Shown: positions 39,188 to 54,338 of the stretch, one piece after another
Layout of the letters: each line of letters starts with the position of its first letter
Numbering within the stretch: the stretch's first letter is position 1
From: the human T2T-CHM13v2.0 reference genome, Homo sapiens
Length of the DNA stretch: 64,000 bases
Reading direction: 5' to 3' (one strand)
NCBI RefSeq assembly: GCF_009914755.1
Contig: NC_060933.1
Position numbers and translations under genes: made by a program
The notes under the pieces: generated by a model
The model's input: the letters and a program-made list of their open reading frames with translations, nothing else
What the model was told of the DNA's origin: nothing
The model's database searches: none

Positions 39188-39585
39188 TATTTGCTATCCA
39201 TGTGGCTAAAGTTCATTCATTTTCAGTGCTGTAAGGTATAGTATTATATTGCTATACCATATGTACTATAGCCAAATAAAAGTTCATTTTTTTCCTCATG
39301 TTGCTAGATAGGCTATTTCCTTTTTTAAAAATTATCACAATAGTACAATGGACATTGTACATATCTCTAGTAAACATTAGACAATAATTTCTGGGATATA
39401 TCTGGAAGTGAAATTGCTAGATTAGAATATGCCTTTGTTCAAATTTATGAGATGACTGCAACTTATTGACAAAGTGGTTTTGTTCTAGTTTACACTCCCA
39501 CCAGCAAAACATAAGAGTTCTATAATGCTTTTTCTATTTGTATTTGTCTTTTTTCACTAAAAGTTTTTCGTTGTTGTTTTCACAG

Positions 39586-39674
39586 TGGTTCTGTGCAGGT
39601 CTATACAATAGATAACAGCACTGGAGCCATGCTGCTATCTCATAAATTAGAGCTAACAGCAAAACAGTATCCTG
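39586..39674 (+). CDS. RIC1: RIC1 exon 8 (89 nt): [29 protein letters not shown](D)
   Basis: tcacag|t acceptor, g|gtgagt donor. Confidence 0.95.
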
Positions 39675-39929
39675 GTGAGTCTTTTTTTTTTTTTTTTTTT
39701 TTAACATTTTTAATGTACTGGTATTGCCATTTGTAGCAGATGCTGATTTTAAGTTAAACAATACATGTCATGCTATAGGTCAAATATTGGGGCTCTGGGT
39801 GTGTAAACTGGCTCAAGTCTGGAAATTGATTGAGGGGCCGTGATTCTGTTTTAATAATTCAAATTAGTATTTTGTCCATTTGACCTAGAAGTTTTCTGCT
39901 TGTATAAATTAAGTGGGAATGCAGTAGGC

Positions 39930-41555
39930 TTCCTATCAGTTTCACTTCCAGGAACACCATAATTAATTAGCCAATGCCCAAGTTCTACACAAGTCAGACT
40001 ATTCTGATTGCTGCTTTGCTTCTGCTGTCCATTACAGTAGCTACGCCCACCTTACCTTTGATAGTTGAGTGCCGTCACTTGGCCCCTGCTACCTCCGGAT
40101 CCAGTTATTCCCATTTTGTATTTAAATTTTGTAGTTGAGTGACTGAGGTTCCCACTGTTAGATCTGACATACAGAGAAGTGCAATTATAGGGTTCTTCAA
40201 AGATGTAGCTGCTGCCCTTGTAAATCTGTTTTGCAAGGCATCAGTCAAGGGTATATCTTCTGGACCCTCCCAGCTGGGATGAGTAGGTCTAAAGTGACTA
40301 ATCCACTCCACCTTCTGAATCTCCCTAAGCCTTTGGATCCCTTCCTCTACATTAAACCAAGGGAGATCAGGCATTTCCAGCTCACTCACAGTGGGCCATC
40401 TTTTAATCCATATTTCAGCTAACCACGCAAATCAACTATTAGAACCTTTTTTAACTCCCCGAGCTGCAGCTTTAAATGCAGAATCCCTACTTAGTGGGCC
40501 CAAATCAATAAATTCAGCCTGATCCAACTCTGTGTACCTTCCATCATTATCCCACACCCTTAATATCCATTCCCATGCCTACTCTCCAGATTTCTATTTA
40601 TGTAAATTAGAAAACTCAAGCAGTTCCCATAGTGCACCTCCTCATGGGTCATACTCTCAACTTCACCTCTAGAGGCCTGCCAGGACTTTATTGATAGGTC
40701 TAGAAGCAAACAGAGGTGTTGGGAGTGGCTCCTGAGGAGAATCAACATTATCTTGCCTGGCGACTGCCTCAGGGGAGGGCATCACTGTTGCCTCAGGCAG
40801 CACAGGGTTTATAATCCTCAGACAAAGGTGGAAGGGCTAATGGCAGCATGGGTCCAGGAGGGGATGTTGCCACTATTGGGGATGGGGAAAGCTGTTTCTT
40901 CTGGCAAAAAAAAAGGTTCACCAGAGTTTACAAACTCAGTGAATCTAGCTTCATCAGGGTCCTCCCACACATCCCCTTTCCAAGTTGCAGGGTCCCATTT
41001 TTTTTCCAATCAGTGCCTTCACTTTAACAGTAGACACCTGGTGAGGCTGTGCATGCACCTTTTGTTGCAGATCAGCCACTCAAATGATAAGAGTTTGTCT
41101 CTGTGTTTCCACAATTTTAGCTCTTTCTCTATAGGAGATAAGACCCTCACTCAGGGCAATCTTAGCAGTTTTGAGGCTCAGTATCTGCTTCTGGGAGATG
41201 GAATCCCTGAGTTCATCATTTTCTTTCATCACCTTGTTCACTGAACTTAGGAGCAACCAACTAGCTTCATTATGTTCCTTGATTCTCCACATATGGTCAA
41301 AGGTGTTATGTATAGAGTCACTAAACTCCTTGCGTCTCACAAGCAATGAATCAGGAGTGCCAAATGCATTTATTTTGCATAACTCTATATAAACAGTTCA
41401 CGTCAAGGACTGTCAGTGCGTACTATTAGAAATAGAGTCCTTAGCATTTTGGGGTCTAATGATATTAGGCAGCCAACTCTAGAAACCCCAAAACCAATGA
41501 AGGAACTCCATCCTTAATATTCTGTACCTCTAGAATCACTCCTGGTACCAATATC
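39930..41555 (-). mobile_element. HERV-L internal region (leader and decayed gag), 3'-truncated
   Basis: gag-like relics WDPATWKGDVWEDPD, MPDLPWFNVEEGIQRLREI; Leu-type PBS tggtaccaggagtg next to the LTR. Confidence 0.88.
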
Positions 41556-42005
41556 TGTATTAGTAAGGTTCTCTAGGGGACAGAACTAATAGAATAGATA
41601 CATACATATTTATAAAGGGGAGTTTATTAAGTATTAATAAATGATCACATGATCACAAGGTCCCACAATAGGCCATCTGCAGGCTGAGGAGGAAGGAGAG
41701 CCTGTCCGAGTTCCAAAACTGAAGAACTTGGAGTCTGATGTTTGAGGGCAGGAAGCATCCAGCACACGAGATGTAGGCTGGGGGGCTAGGCCCGTCTCTA
41801 TTTTCACATTTTTCTGCCTGCTTATATTCTAGCCGCACTGGCAGCTGATTAGATTGTGCCCACCCAGATTAAGGGTGGGTCTGCCTTTCCCAGCCCACTG
41901 ACTCAAATGTTAATCTCCTTTGGCAGCACCCTCACAGACACACCCGGGATTAATACTTTGTATCCTTCAATTCAGTCAAGTTGACACTCAGTGTTAACCA
42001 TCACA
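41556..42005 (-). mobile_element. MLT2A (HERV-L) 5' LTR
   Basis: - strand begins tgtgatggttaacactgagtgtcaacttg and ends ...ctaataca before the PBS. Confidence 0.9.
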
Positions 42006-42009
42006 ATTA

Positions 42010-43580
42010 GGATATTTAACTATTCATGTTGACTTAGTGTTACCCACATTTATACCAGTATTTTTGCCCACCATATCTTTGACCAACTCATACCTTCTTC
42101 TTGAGACCATTTTCTGCCTGAAAAACCTCCCATACATCCCTTGGAATTTCTTTTAATGAAGTTTTTTGAAGGTAAACTCTACTTTGGGAGAGTCTGAAAT
42201 GTACTTATTTTGCTGCTGTGATTTAATTATAGTTTAACTTGGTGTGCTGTTTTGGATTGGCAGTTATTTTCTTTTTATACATTGAAGAATTTGTTCCAGT
42301 GCCATTGGATTTCCATTGCAGCTATTGAGAGGTCCTCTGTCAAGTTGTCTTCTCTTTTCAATAGATTGGTCTTTATAGCTACCTTTCAGATCTTGTCTTT
42401 GTTTTTGGCTTTCTGCAGTTCAACTGTGATGTGGAAGGGAAGAATTTTGTTTGTTTTTCAAATCCTGCTTGAGACTTAGGCTTGCTGGATGAAGATTTAC
42501 ATCTTTGAACTATTTCTGGAAAATTCTCAACCAGTATTTCTAAATATTCCTCTCCCCTAATCTATTTTCTGGAACTCAGATATACATTACACTTTTTTCC
42601 ATGTTTCTTAACCTAACTTTAAATTTTTTTAAATTTTGTTTCTCTAGACTGCATTCTAGAAATTTTTTCTCCATCTAGGTTTGCTGATCCTCTCCAGTTA
42701 TGCCTAATAATGTTGTTTGATCTGTCCATCAAGTTCTTAATTTCAGTTATTGTATTTTTTATTATTTAAAGGCTTATTTAGCTCTTTTTCCAATCTGTAT
42801 GCATCCTGCTCCTTGTTTGAGTCTTCTCCTTTATTTTCATTGGCTATAAAAAGCAGTTATTTTATATTCTGTGTCTGTTAATCCCAAAATCTGAAGCCTT
42901 TCTGAGTCTGTTTCTGCCATGTCTTGATTCTTTGTGTTCTTGCTCGTTTGTGTGTGTATTTTAGGATTTTTGACTGAGAGCCGATTGTTTTCCTTGAAGC
43001 ATATTTTTTGTGTGTGTAGCGCTTTGAGAACTGGATAACATTTGAGTTTTTCCAGAGAGGATTTAAATTTCTTTGCTTCCGCTGGTCACTTGGGAGCACT
43101 ACATCAGTCTGTGACCCTTTGCATTGTATTCTCTGTTTGAACCACATTAAATTGCACAAATTACAAATCAGAGTGAGGGTTTGTGGCTTCAGATTATCAA
43201 GGGAGTATTATTTTCCATTCATTTCCACTGATGAAACATGAAAGTGTTCCTTGCTAATTCTTTTCCTACATGGCAGAGGCTTTTTTCTCATTCTCTCTTA
43301 TACCATGGATATAGTCCATTGTAGTCCCAGCTTTACATGGGTATCTTTTGTTAGATTACCTGTCTTGGGCAAGCTCTGAGCTTTATCTCCTGTTCCTAAC
43401 ATGCTGTGAGTCATCAGAGGTAGAAGTAAAGGTCTCCAGGGTTTGGCAGAAAAATTCAGGGAACAAGCACTTTGTCTCAGTATTTTTTATTGTTTTGAGG
43501 ATTTAAGTATTCTATTCACCATCTTAGTTTTTTCAGTCTGGAAGTCATTCAGGGTGTCATTTGCTGTACTTCCAGAAATA
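42010..43580 (-). mobile_element. Very old L1M fragment
   Basis: T-rich decayed antisense L1 ORF1-region motifs. Confidence 0.45.
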
Positions 43581-43917
43581 GAAATTTGCTCCTTACGTTT
43601 TTTTAATCATTCTTACTGTGTAGCTTTTTTTAAGGCCTGCATATGTTTTTTTCTAAAGACAGCTTTTACTGTAACCTTATCCTTGTTTTACAGAAACTGA
43701 TTTATACAAAGCCAAAGACTTTTAAGATTACACAGTTATAAGTTAATCAAGCTAATAGTGACTAGAAACAGCTTTCACTTCTTACAAATCACCTGTGCAC
43801 TGAGTTTGTTCTGCTTAGATCAGGACAAAACTAATGGCCTTACTAACTTTAAGTAGTCCTAAATGACCAGGATTTATTTTTGGAAGCAGTCATACCTTTC
43901 TACTCATTTAGATTTGA

Positions 43918-44154
<237 letters not shown>

Positions 44155-44828
44155 TAAGTCAAAAAAGACAATTTTTAGATAAAATAACTCCATTATTTCT
44201 CACAATGCATGCATACAAAAACCTTGTGTCAGAACTTCCCTTTTTGCCTTGACTCTTACCTTAAAACAATTTGCAAAGTTCATAATCTGTTCGAATATAC
44301 TGATTCTCTGAACATTCATTTTTTAAAAAATGTACATCTCATTCCACAAAAATGTATTTATTTATTGAACCCCTGCTGTATATATGACAGCATGTTAGAC
44401 ACAAAGCAGAATCAGGCATGGTTCTGCTTTTAGGTAGTTTATAATCTAATGAGGGTGGTAAGGCATGTACATAAATAGTAGAAAGTTACGTTATCTCATT
44501 AGGTTAATGTAGGTTAGCCCAGTGATTGATAGGAGTAGGTTGGTATCTCTGCCCACTTCATATACTACCCTGAACCTCAGTTCTGATGAAATGAGCACAC
44601 CTTTAAAAGCTGCATATCTCTGGCAAGAAGTCACTTGGACCTCGGAAAATGTGGCTGAGAGATATATACACCTAGGTGTATTAACCCACAGTTTTGTATT
44701 TCATGCATTATTATGTATTTCTATTTTAAAGGAGCAAAATCCGTTTGATTTTTTAAAAAACACTAAATTTTATGTGTATTATATGTAATTGGAAGGCTGT
44801 ATTATATTTAGTTTCTGTTCTGTTTCAG

Positions 44829-44877
44829 TTATAGGTCTGATGGCACCAAAAAAGATCCCCTTAAGATCAACTCTATG
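44829..44877 (+). CDS. RIC1: RIC1 exon 10 (49 nt): YRSDGTKKDPLKINSM
   Basis: tttcag|t acceptor, atg|gtaagt donor. Confidence 0.94.
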
Positions 44878-44948
44878 GTAAGTACTTTCTATAAAAAATT
44901 GGCATGGTATTAAAAAAACTTGGATTTTTCTTCCCTTTTTTCACTCAT

Positions 44949-45159
44949 TTTTATTTATTTAATTTTTTGAGACAGGGTCTTACACTGTCACCCAGGTTGG
45001 AGAGCAGTGGCAGATCATAGCTCACTGCAGCCTCTCTAAGCGATCCTCCTGCCTCAAGCTTCCAAGTAGCTGAGACTCTAGGCACACCACTATCCACACA
45101 CGGTTAATTTTTTTGATTTTTAGTAGAGACGTGGTCTTGCCATGTTGCCCAGGCTGGCC
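44949..45159 (-). mobile_element. 5'-truncated AluJ with 16-bp TSD
   Basis: TSD cccttttttcactcat at 44933-44948 and 45160-45175. Confidence 0.88.
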
Positions 45160-45577
45160 CCCTTTTTTCACTCATGTTGATCTGATAAAAATCACAAAAC
45201 TATTTTAGTCTCAGCAGACTCTTCATTATACAGTTCTTGCTTGATGAAAGTCTTTTGTTTTTTTTTAATTGGAAGGCTGCCTGGTTTTCAGTATTTGCAT
45301 TTTGTTTAGATGTGGCCAGCAAACCCCTGTCATCTTTATGATGATAATGACTGTTCAGATGAGGCCTTTTTTGTATGTGTCTTCTCATGGCCTGCTTGCT
45401 TTTAACATGAGGTGAAATGCTCATTGGGCATTTTTCCTGGAGGACATGCACTTGTGCATTACTTGAGGATATCTGTATCTATATATCTATATATATGTAT
45501 ACAGTACCTTGAGCATATTTTTTAAAATTTACATAGATGTATGTCAAAGAGAATTATGGTCACTGTTGTAAACAATA

Positions 45578-45908
45578 CAGGTTGAGTACCCCTTAACCAA
45601 AGTGCTTGGAACCAGAAGTATTTCAGATTTTGGAACTTTTTGGATTTTGGAATATTTGCAAATACATTCTTGGGGATGGGACTCAAGTCTAAACACAGAA
45701 TTCCCTTATGTTTTATATATACCTTATGCACATAGACTGAAGCTAATGTAATGAATTTGTAATAATTTTGTACATAAAACAAAATTTTGACTGCAGCTCA
45801 TCACATGAAGTCAGGTGTGGGATTTTTTTACTGTGGTGTCATATCAGCCCTCAAAAAGTTGCAGCTATTGGAGCATTTCAGATTTTTGGATTAGGGAGGC
45901 TTAACCTG
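45578..45908. mobile_element. Tigger4/MER46-like MITE
   Basis: TIRs caggttgagtaccc / gggaggcttaacctg, TA flanks. Confidence 0.85.
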
Positions 45909-47011
45909 TATTTTTATTTTTTACCTATTTTCAAGAGTTTCTGTAGAAAACAGAGATATAAAACCCCTGTCTTTACATAACAAGTTTTTCTTGCTATAGC
46001 CCCTCTGCATACCATCCTTTTTAAATTAGTGACTATGAGGCTTGTCGCTTCTCTTCTCTCTTGCTCCACAGAGGAAGACATTCTTCTGATCTTGAGTTTC
46101 TTGTAGAATTAAAACCGCCATGGTTGCCTAAAATAGTGGTTCCCAAACTTTCACCACCAAGGACCCCTTCTGATGTCTTTGCCCACCTCCATAGTTTAAA
46201 ATAAGTTTTCACCACACATTTCTATAAATACCAATCAGTGCTTCTGAATGGCATGCAAGAACCAGTGTTGTCCGTCTCACTAAGTTGATATTTTAACCAC
46301 AAACTAAGAATCTAAGCATTATTAGTTAAAACTTAGGCAGCTTTATCATAGGAAAACATAAAAGTTCTATTAAACTTTTGAAATTTTGCAACAATTCATG
46401 GGCTACCCCTGCCCCTTCACCATTTTCTTGGCTTGAAGATTGAGAATCACTAATCTTTAAAAATACTATCATGGAGTCTAGTTACAGAATATTAAAACTG
46501 AATGGTTCTGGAGGAATTTATTTGAACCTTCTCATTTTACAGAGGAAGAAACTTATATCCCGAGAAACGAGACAGCTTGGCCAAGGTAATATATACAAAA
46601 AGCCAAGCTATAATGAAGACTCTAGTCTCACAGCTTCCAATCCAATGTTTTTTGCTCCATACAAAACTGCATCTGTTGTAGGGGCTTCTTTGCCAGGCTT
46701 CTACTGGGTAACCTGGGGTGTCTTCTGTAAGGAATTTCTTTGTATTTGAGAGGCAGCTAAATTAAAGCAATAGAGAAGTTACAGAGCACAGTAGGTATTT
46801 TTAGGATTAAGACCCTGAAATTGGCATTAAGAATGGTAGGTAATGTTTTCACTTTTGCAGATAGAGAGCAGTGATGGTGATTTCCTCTGGAGTTAGTTAA
46901 GAGGTAACTGAAGGTGTGATTCTTGTCTGTGTTATCACGGTTTCTCCAACCTTCACAAATCATTAATAATGCTATCATTGGCTATTTCAGAATTTGAATA
47001 ATTGAAGCTAG

Positions 47012-47251
<240 letters not shown>

Positions 47252-48442
47252 TAGTGTCTTTTGTGTTAGAAGCTCAGACCCTTCTTTATGACATATGTAT
47301 GGCGTATACTTCTAAAATTGGCATATTATCTTCTTTTCTATGATTCTTGTGTTTCTTTTTAATTTATATTAAATTTATACCAAAATTTTATTTCTCAACG
47401 GGTTGTGTTTCTTTGGTCTTATTTTTTTAAAAGGGTCATAAGCAATTTGACGGAAAGCAATGTTTATATATTTATTTAAATAATTTGAGTAATTTAGTCT
47501 TTATCTGAATAGCATTTCCCAAAGTGTGTTCCTCCAGGCACTACTTATGAGAGATATTAGTAGCAGTTCCACAGGATTTTTTAAAAGTTTTGTTTCCATA
47601 TAAGTGTCAAATAAAGGTAAAACAAAATTGTAGAGATTGATTGTAGGGCTCCAGAGGCTTAAATATGCTATTGTGCATCATGAAAATCCAGGAGGTGGTA
47701 TATTAAAAACAGTGTTCCCCATGCTTATTTAACTGTGAATTTTTAAGAAATAGCTTAAAGAAAGTATGTCTGAGGACTTGCTTTTAGAAACACCGCCCCA
47801 AACACTGCCTCTTGTATTTCTATCTGAAATAGTGTATACTAATATTATTATATATCGCTAATATACAGTAATGGTATATGTTACATGTTAGAAATGTGTA
47901 TCTTAATACCTACCATCAATGGCTTTTTAATGGATATTTGGTACAACAAATTTCTAATTAAAATTTACGAACATCCATAAAAAATGTGAAAATAGCCTGA
48001 ATTTCAGATCCATTATTCCACTTGAAGACTAAGGATCCCCAGAAAAGAAGAGAGCATTTCTCCCTCCCCTTCCCCATCCCAAATAATAATTTAAAAGCAC
48101 CCTTGAGTTTTATGTCAAGCCAGCATTTGGACTAAAATGGAAAAATGACAAGGGTAGGGTGCTACTTTGTCTGATTTCAATAGTTAATGAGTCTACTCAC
48201 CTTTGAGAACACTGGCTTTCTAGCTGAAATCTCATAGTCACTAAGAGCACTATTCTTTCTAATTATAACAGTGCATGAGATTATTGTGTAGTCTTTGTCC
48301 TCTGTGAAGAAAATCAACATCGAGATATATGTACATTTCCTATAATAAAACTAAATCGATGTGTTATTTTTGCCTGCGTAATATTGAGTTGTTTTTATTT
48401 GTTTTCCTCCTTTGCCCTTTTGTTCCTCTTTCCCTCATTTAG

Positions 48443-48655
<213 letters not shown>

Positions 48656-50159
48656 TAGTTACTGATTACTAGAGACTTATTCTTTGATAGGATATCACCT
48701 GGAACAGATTATTAAATATTTCATCTGTTAACTTCAGGCAACTGAGAATCCTTTTAACCATTTTGTCATGTCCCTCTTCTGCTTTTCTGTGTTCTTGTCC
48801 TCTAGTCTTCTCCCTCCTTTCTTTCCACTTGGCGTAGAGTGTATCCCCACCTGTTTCAAGTCTATTAATAATGTCAAGAACTAGAAGTTTATGTTTTGCC
48901 TTCTCATTGAGAACTATTTATTTTACTTTCAGCCTCTTTTTTTTATATAAATTTAGCTCTACGGATTTGCACAGGCAAAACAAAGTGTAATAATCTCATG
49001 GAAAGTGGCAACATCAGCTAGTACTCTGTACAGCTGACCTTACAGTCTTAAGGGGCCACGTTGAGGTTAATCATGTGACTTTGGACCCAAATTGCAGACT
49101 TGTGATCAGTAGAGAGCTTTATTGTTAATACTTTTATTAGCTAATCTTATTCCAAATTATTTATTCATTCTGATATCACTTTTAAATTAACAGTGTCTCA
49201 CAGTAATTCTGATAAACTGACATTTAACATGGAAATTAATTCTCAATTTTGATACCAAGTAAAATTATTTTGGGGAAACCAGTAAGTTGAAGTTTCTTAA
49301 AAGAAACTTGCATACATAATTTCAGTCTTCCGACTGTTTTCTTTCCCTTTTTGATAGCAGAATATTTTAGGTATATCAAAGCCCACTCTTAGTTTCTTTT
49401 AGTCAGTTTCTGTTTCCATAATTCTTTGCCTTACTTTGACTCTCTATATGTTTACCCTACTAGCCTACTTCAGCTCCCATGTTATTTTCAGTTGACTTTG
49501 AGTGAAGATAATGAGAGACAAAAAAATGGTCATGTGAAAGGTTGAAGGATTATCTCCTACATTGACATCTGGTATACACTAAAAGAAAATGAACTTAACT
49601 TACATTAATAAATTCATAGAATCAAACAATGTACATACCATTTTATAATTAGTAACAATTTTTAAATAAAACTGCACTAGCTACTTCCTTGACTAAAATT
49701 TTCCACTGCTCCCTTCTCTCCTATAGCCATTTCTCTGCTATTTTCATTTCCCCATACTTTGAACTATTCATTCTACACTGACCTAGCATCAATGCCAGTT
49801 CTGCCTAGCCAGGTCTGTGTTACCAGAGAGCCAAGTAGAGCAGAGGATCAAAGAAGGTAGGTCTGGAACTAAAAAATCGATCAGGCAATAACAAAAATTG
49901 AATTTCCTTCCAGCTCAAAAACTCAGTGATTCTGTGATTCTTAAGCATCTATGAAGTACCCCATATAAGAGAAACATTTTAACACTGATTTTAGGACTTT
50001 GGGTACTAGCAAGATTCCACTGTTATTCTGTTCTTTAGATAGCTAAAGATATTTAGACAGATGAACTTTTAAAACTTGAGTTTACCTAGTTTATCAGTTT
50101 CCTTAAAAATAACATAAATAATGCCACATTGATTGTTTTGTACTGCTGAAACAATGAAA

Positions 50160-50300
50160 ATGGGCTCATAGAATTTTTCAAGCTGGAAGGACCTAAGAGA
50201 TCATAAAGTCCAACTGGATTTGATACATGAGGAAACTGAGGATCAGAGAAGTTATATGACTTGTCCAGTTCACCCAGCAGAGTAGTGGCAGACTTATCTT
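50160..50300. mobile_element. MIR fragment (others near 10520-10700, 32830-33030, 46490-46670, 55200-55420)
   Basis: MIR core atgaggaaactgagg...cagagaagtta...tgacttgtcca. Confidence 0.7.
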
Positions 50301-50887
50301 TATCATCACTCTACGTTAAAGTAAAAATCTAATGTATTTTAAAACCGAGGTACTGAGCATTAAATCACATAATACACTACTGACCTTGAGCTAAAACTTA
50401 GAATTCGCCTATTTGGCAGTTTGTACTTGGAGTTGCCCTGTATTTCACTGGCACTCCAGCTACATGATTCAGTGCAGTTATGGTGGCGGTGTATAGGGCA
50501 GTATACAGTGTCTATATAATGCTAAACTTTTACGTTCTAGGCTTTTTAGCCATTTATGATGACTCCCTGAAGAAACATAGTTGCCTGGTTTAATTTGCCC
50601 CACAATAGTATCCTTTTTTCTAAGATAAGTGACCACATCCTCTGTCAAAGTTGATTTTGTTTGCGTGATTTATTCGTTGTATGTATGCTTCTTGTATAGC
50701 TTAGATGAACTCCAACTAATTCTGCTGCTTGTTCTGTTTCTCATTTAGAGTACTAGCTTTTTGTTTGTTTGCTTAAACCTGCTACCTTATACTCCTTAGC
50801 TTCCAGATTGGAAGATTCTATGTTACTTATGATTTTTCTTTAACTAAAACAAAACAAATACATACTTGTCAGAAGCAGGATTGGTAA

Positions 50888-51215
<328 letters not shown>

Positions 51216-52447
51216 AAGCAAGCACCAGCAAGCACCAGCCAAGGTGCTTTTTAAAAAGTTTTTTCTTACCTATAAGTTTTAAAACTTTTGAAGTCATTTG
51301 TTGACATATGGGGCACAAACTATTGAAATTTTACAAAACACAAAGTTTCTAGTTTTAGGCCATGTTCCTTCTAAGACTGCAATTTATTTTAATGCTCAGT
51401 ATTTTGTATGATGTAAGCATTTACTTCTGAAAGGTACATAAATCTATTATCCATTGTTCTGAGGGTGTTGGTTTGATGGTTAGCTTGGCTATTTAGAAAG
51501 AATAAGCTTCACAAAATGTGGAAGATAAGCACCTACAGGGTATCAGGCACTATGTTAGGGATTTCAACAGAGAGTATTTAAAGGCTCTTTCATTCATAAA
51601 TTATTTACTGTCTTCCTACAGTATGTATCAAGTGTACCAGGTATTTGGCACAGAACAAATCTGCTAGGAGGATGGCTCCCACAGTCTCACTAGTTATAGA
51701 CAAAACTAATCTAGGCAGGAGACAGAGTTTTAGCAGAGTTACTTTAAAATTTAAAAATCATAATAACAAATGAGGGCGGATTCAGTTTCTTTAAGAGAAA
51801 CTGAAACATTCTAAGATAAGGGTAGAGTTTCTGTACCTTAGCACTCAGTTTTCCAGTGATGTGGCATGACTTCAGTGCCCTGAGTGTGCTTTCATGACCT
51901 GTTTTTTTTTGTCACTGATCAGCTGCCTCTTCCTTACTTCTGCCATTCCCTTTTATCAAGTATTAGAGGTAGAGCTCAGAGTTCAGATGACACATAGATC
52001 AATAAAGTTGACCTACTGGAGAAAATACATAGTATCTTTAGACACAAACTGCATGAAAAATAAAGCTTCATTCTAAACTTAACACCTTAAGTTTTTAAAA
52101 TACATCATTTGTGGCACTTCATAGATTTTTGTAGAATAAAGAATAAATTGTTTTATAGATATTGATCATAGTGTGATCATTTGATAAGATTTAACTTTGG
52201 TTCCCATTATTAGAAACTCTTTGTGTTAGAATCCACTTTTGCAGTAAGATCCCAGCTCCTCCATTACCCACCCACACGTTTCATAAGTACTCATGAAACA
52301 CCAAGGTTTGAGGGAGGTAAGGATTCCTTTTAGTGCAATGGATGATTGACACAGTTATACTCAGGTACATCCTCCTGCTGTGAGTGACTGCTGAAAAAAG
52401 TTGAAAATGCTTTCAAGTTTTATTTCACCACCCAATCATTACCTTAA

Positions 52448-52793
<346 letters not shown>

Positions 52794-53523
52794 CATAGTG
52801 AATTTTATTAATTTATTAAGCTATTGATTTAGTTGGATTTTAAGTTGACTTAAGTCAACTTAATAAGTATAACAAATAATTAGTAAGTAAAGCACTTGAT
52901 AATAAGTGAAGTATAACAAACAGTTTTATCAAATTTTATCAAGGTTAATACAGATGTTTAGAGCATATTGCTTTTACTTAATTTTCTGTCTTCACATTAC
53001 ATACACAATCTTACTGGGTTTGATTGCTGTTGACTTAGCTTTTTAATTTGGCATTTAGTTTTTCAATATGTGACAACTTTTCTTAGAGTAAAATGAAAAA
53101 TAAATTTGAACAGATCGAAGCTTTTCTTATTCCAAGAACAGAAGACTCTTTGTTCAGTTCTGTTAATTCTCGCCCCACTCCAACATGTGCTCATGAAAAC
53201 TAATCAGCAGGCTAGAGAGATCAATCTCATTAAAACGAAAATTTACTTTATCTACATTGATATCCCATGTCAATTATTTAAATTGAAAGGTGTTGTTAGG
53301 GTGATACAAAGACACCATGTTCAAAGATGTAAGACAGACAACGTGGAAAAATGAACGCCTTTTCTTGCAGATAGAGTTAATATTTGTAATATATTAAAAG
53401 TTCTTGTAGATAAGTAAGTCAAATACCCCAATAGAAAAATAATAGCTTACATACACTCTTTCATGTACATATATATATGTTTGTTTAGAGATAGAATAAA
53501 AGCTAACCAGTGGTTGTACCTAA

Positions 53524-53968
<445 letters not shown>

Positions 53969-54338
53969 TAGGTTGTTTTGGAATGGTTTATATCAGCAAA
54001 CCCAAACTGTTCATCTGCACAATTCATAGCTGCCCTCACAGGTGCCTTCTCTGAAAATCTCTTGTCAGTCTGTATTTATTGAATTCAATATTTAAAACAA
54101 ACAGAAACATAAGGGGCAAGGGGCAGGGAGAGGAAAGCCTGGTGCCTAGAAACATGAAATAACGTAAGATGTAAAACATTGATTCATATACAAATGGTAA
54201 ATTCCAAGTGCTCTGCTACTAACTAGGGGGCACCTTAAACATTGTTCGGCAAGATGAATCTCATAGTGTGATAACTTAATGCTTTAAGTTTAAATATATT
54301 TCATAAGTTTTACCAATCTGATGTGTTATTTTCTATAG

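Noticed and set aside
39667-39674. gtatcct resembling a U12 donor inside exon 8
   Set aside because: It is coding (Q-Y-P), lacks the full gtatcctt consensus, and a perfect gtgagt donor follows that keeps the frame.
40753-41244. 163-aa + strand ORF
   Set aside because: Antisense to decayed HERV-L gag; no splice or protein-family support.
51781-51805. 10-bp hairpin ttcagtttct-ttaag-agaaactgaa
   Set aside because: Too short for a pre-miRNA and within chance expectation for AT-rich DNA.
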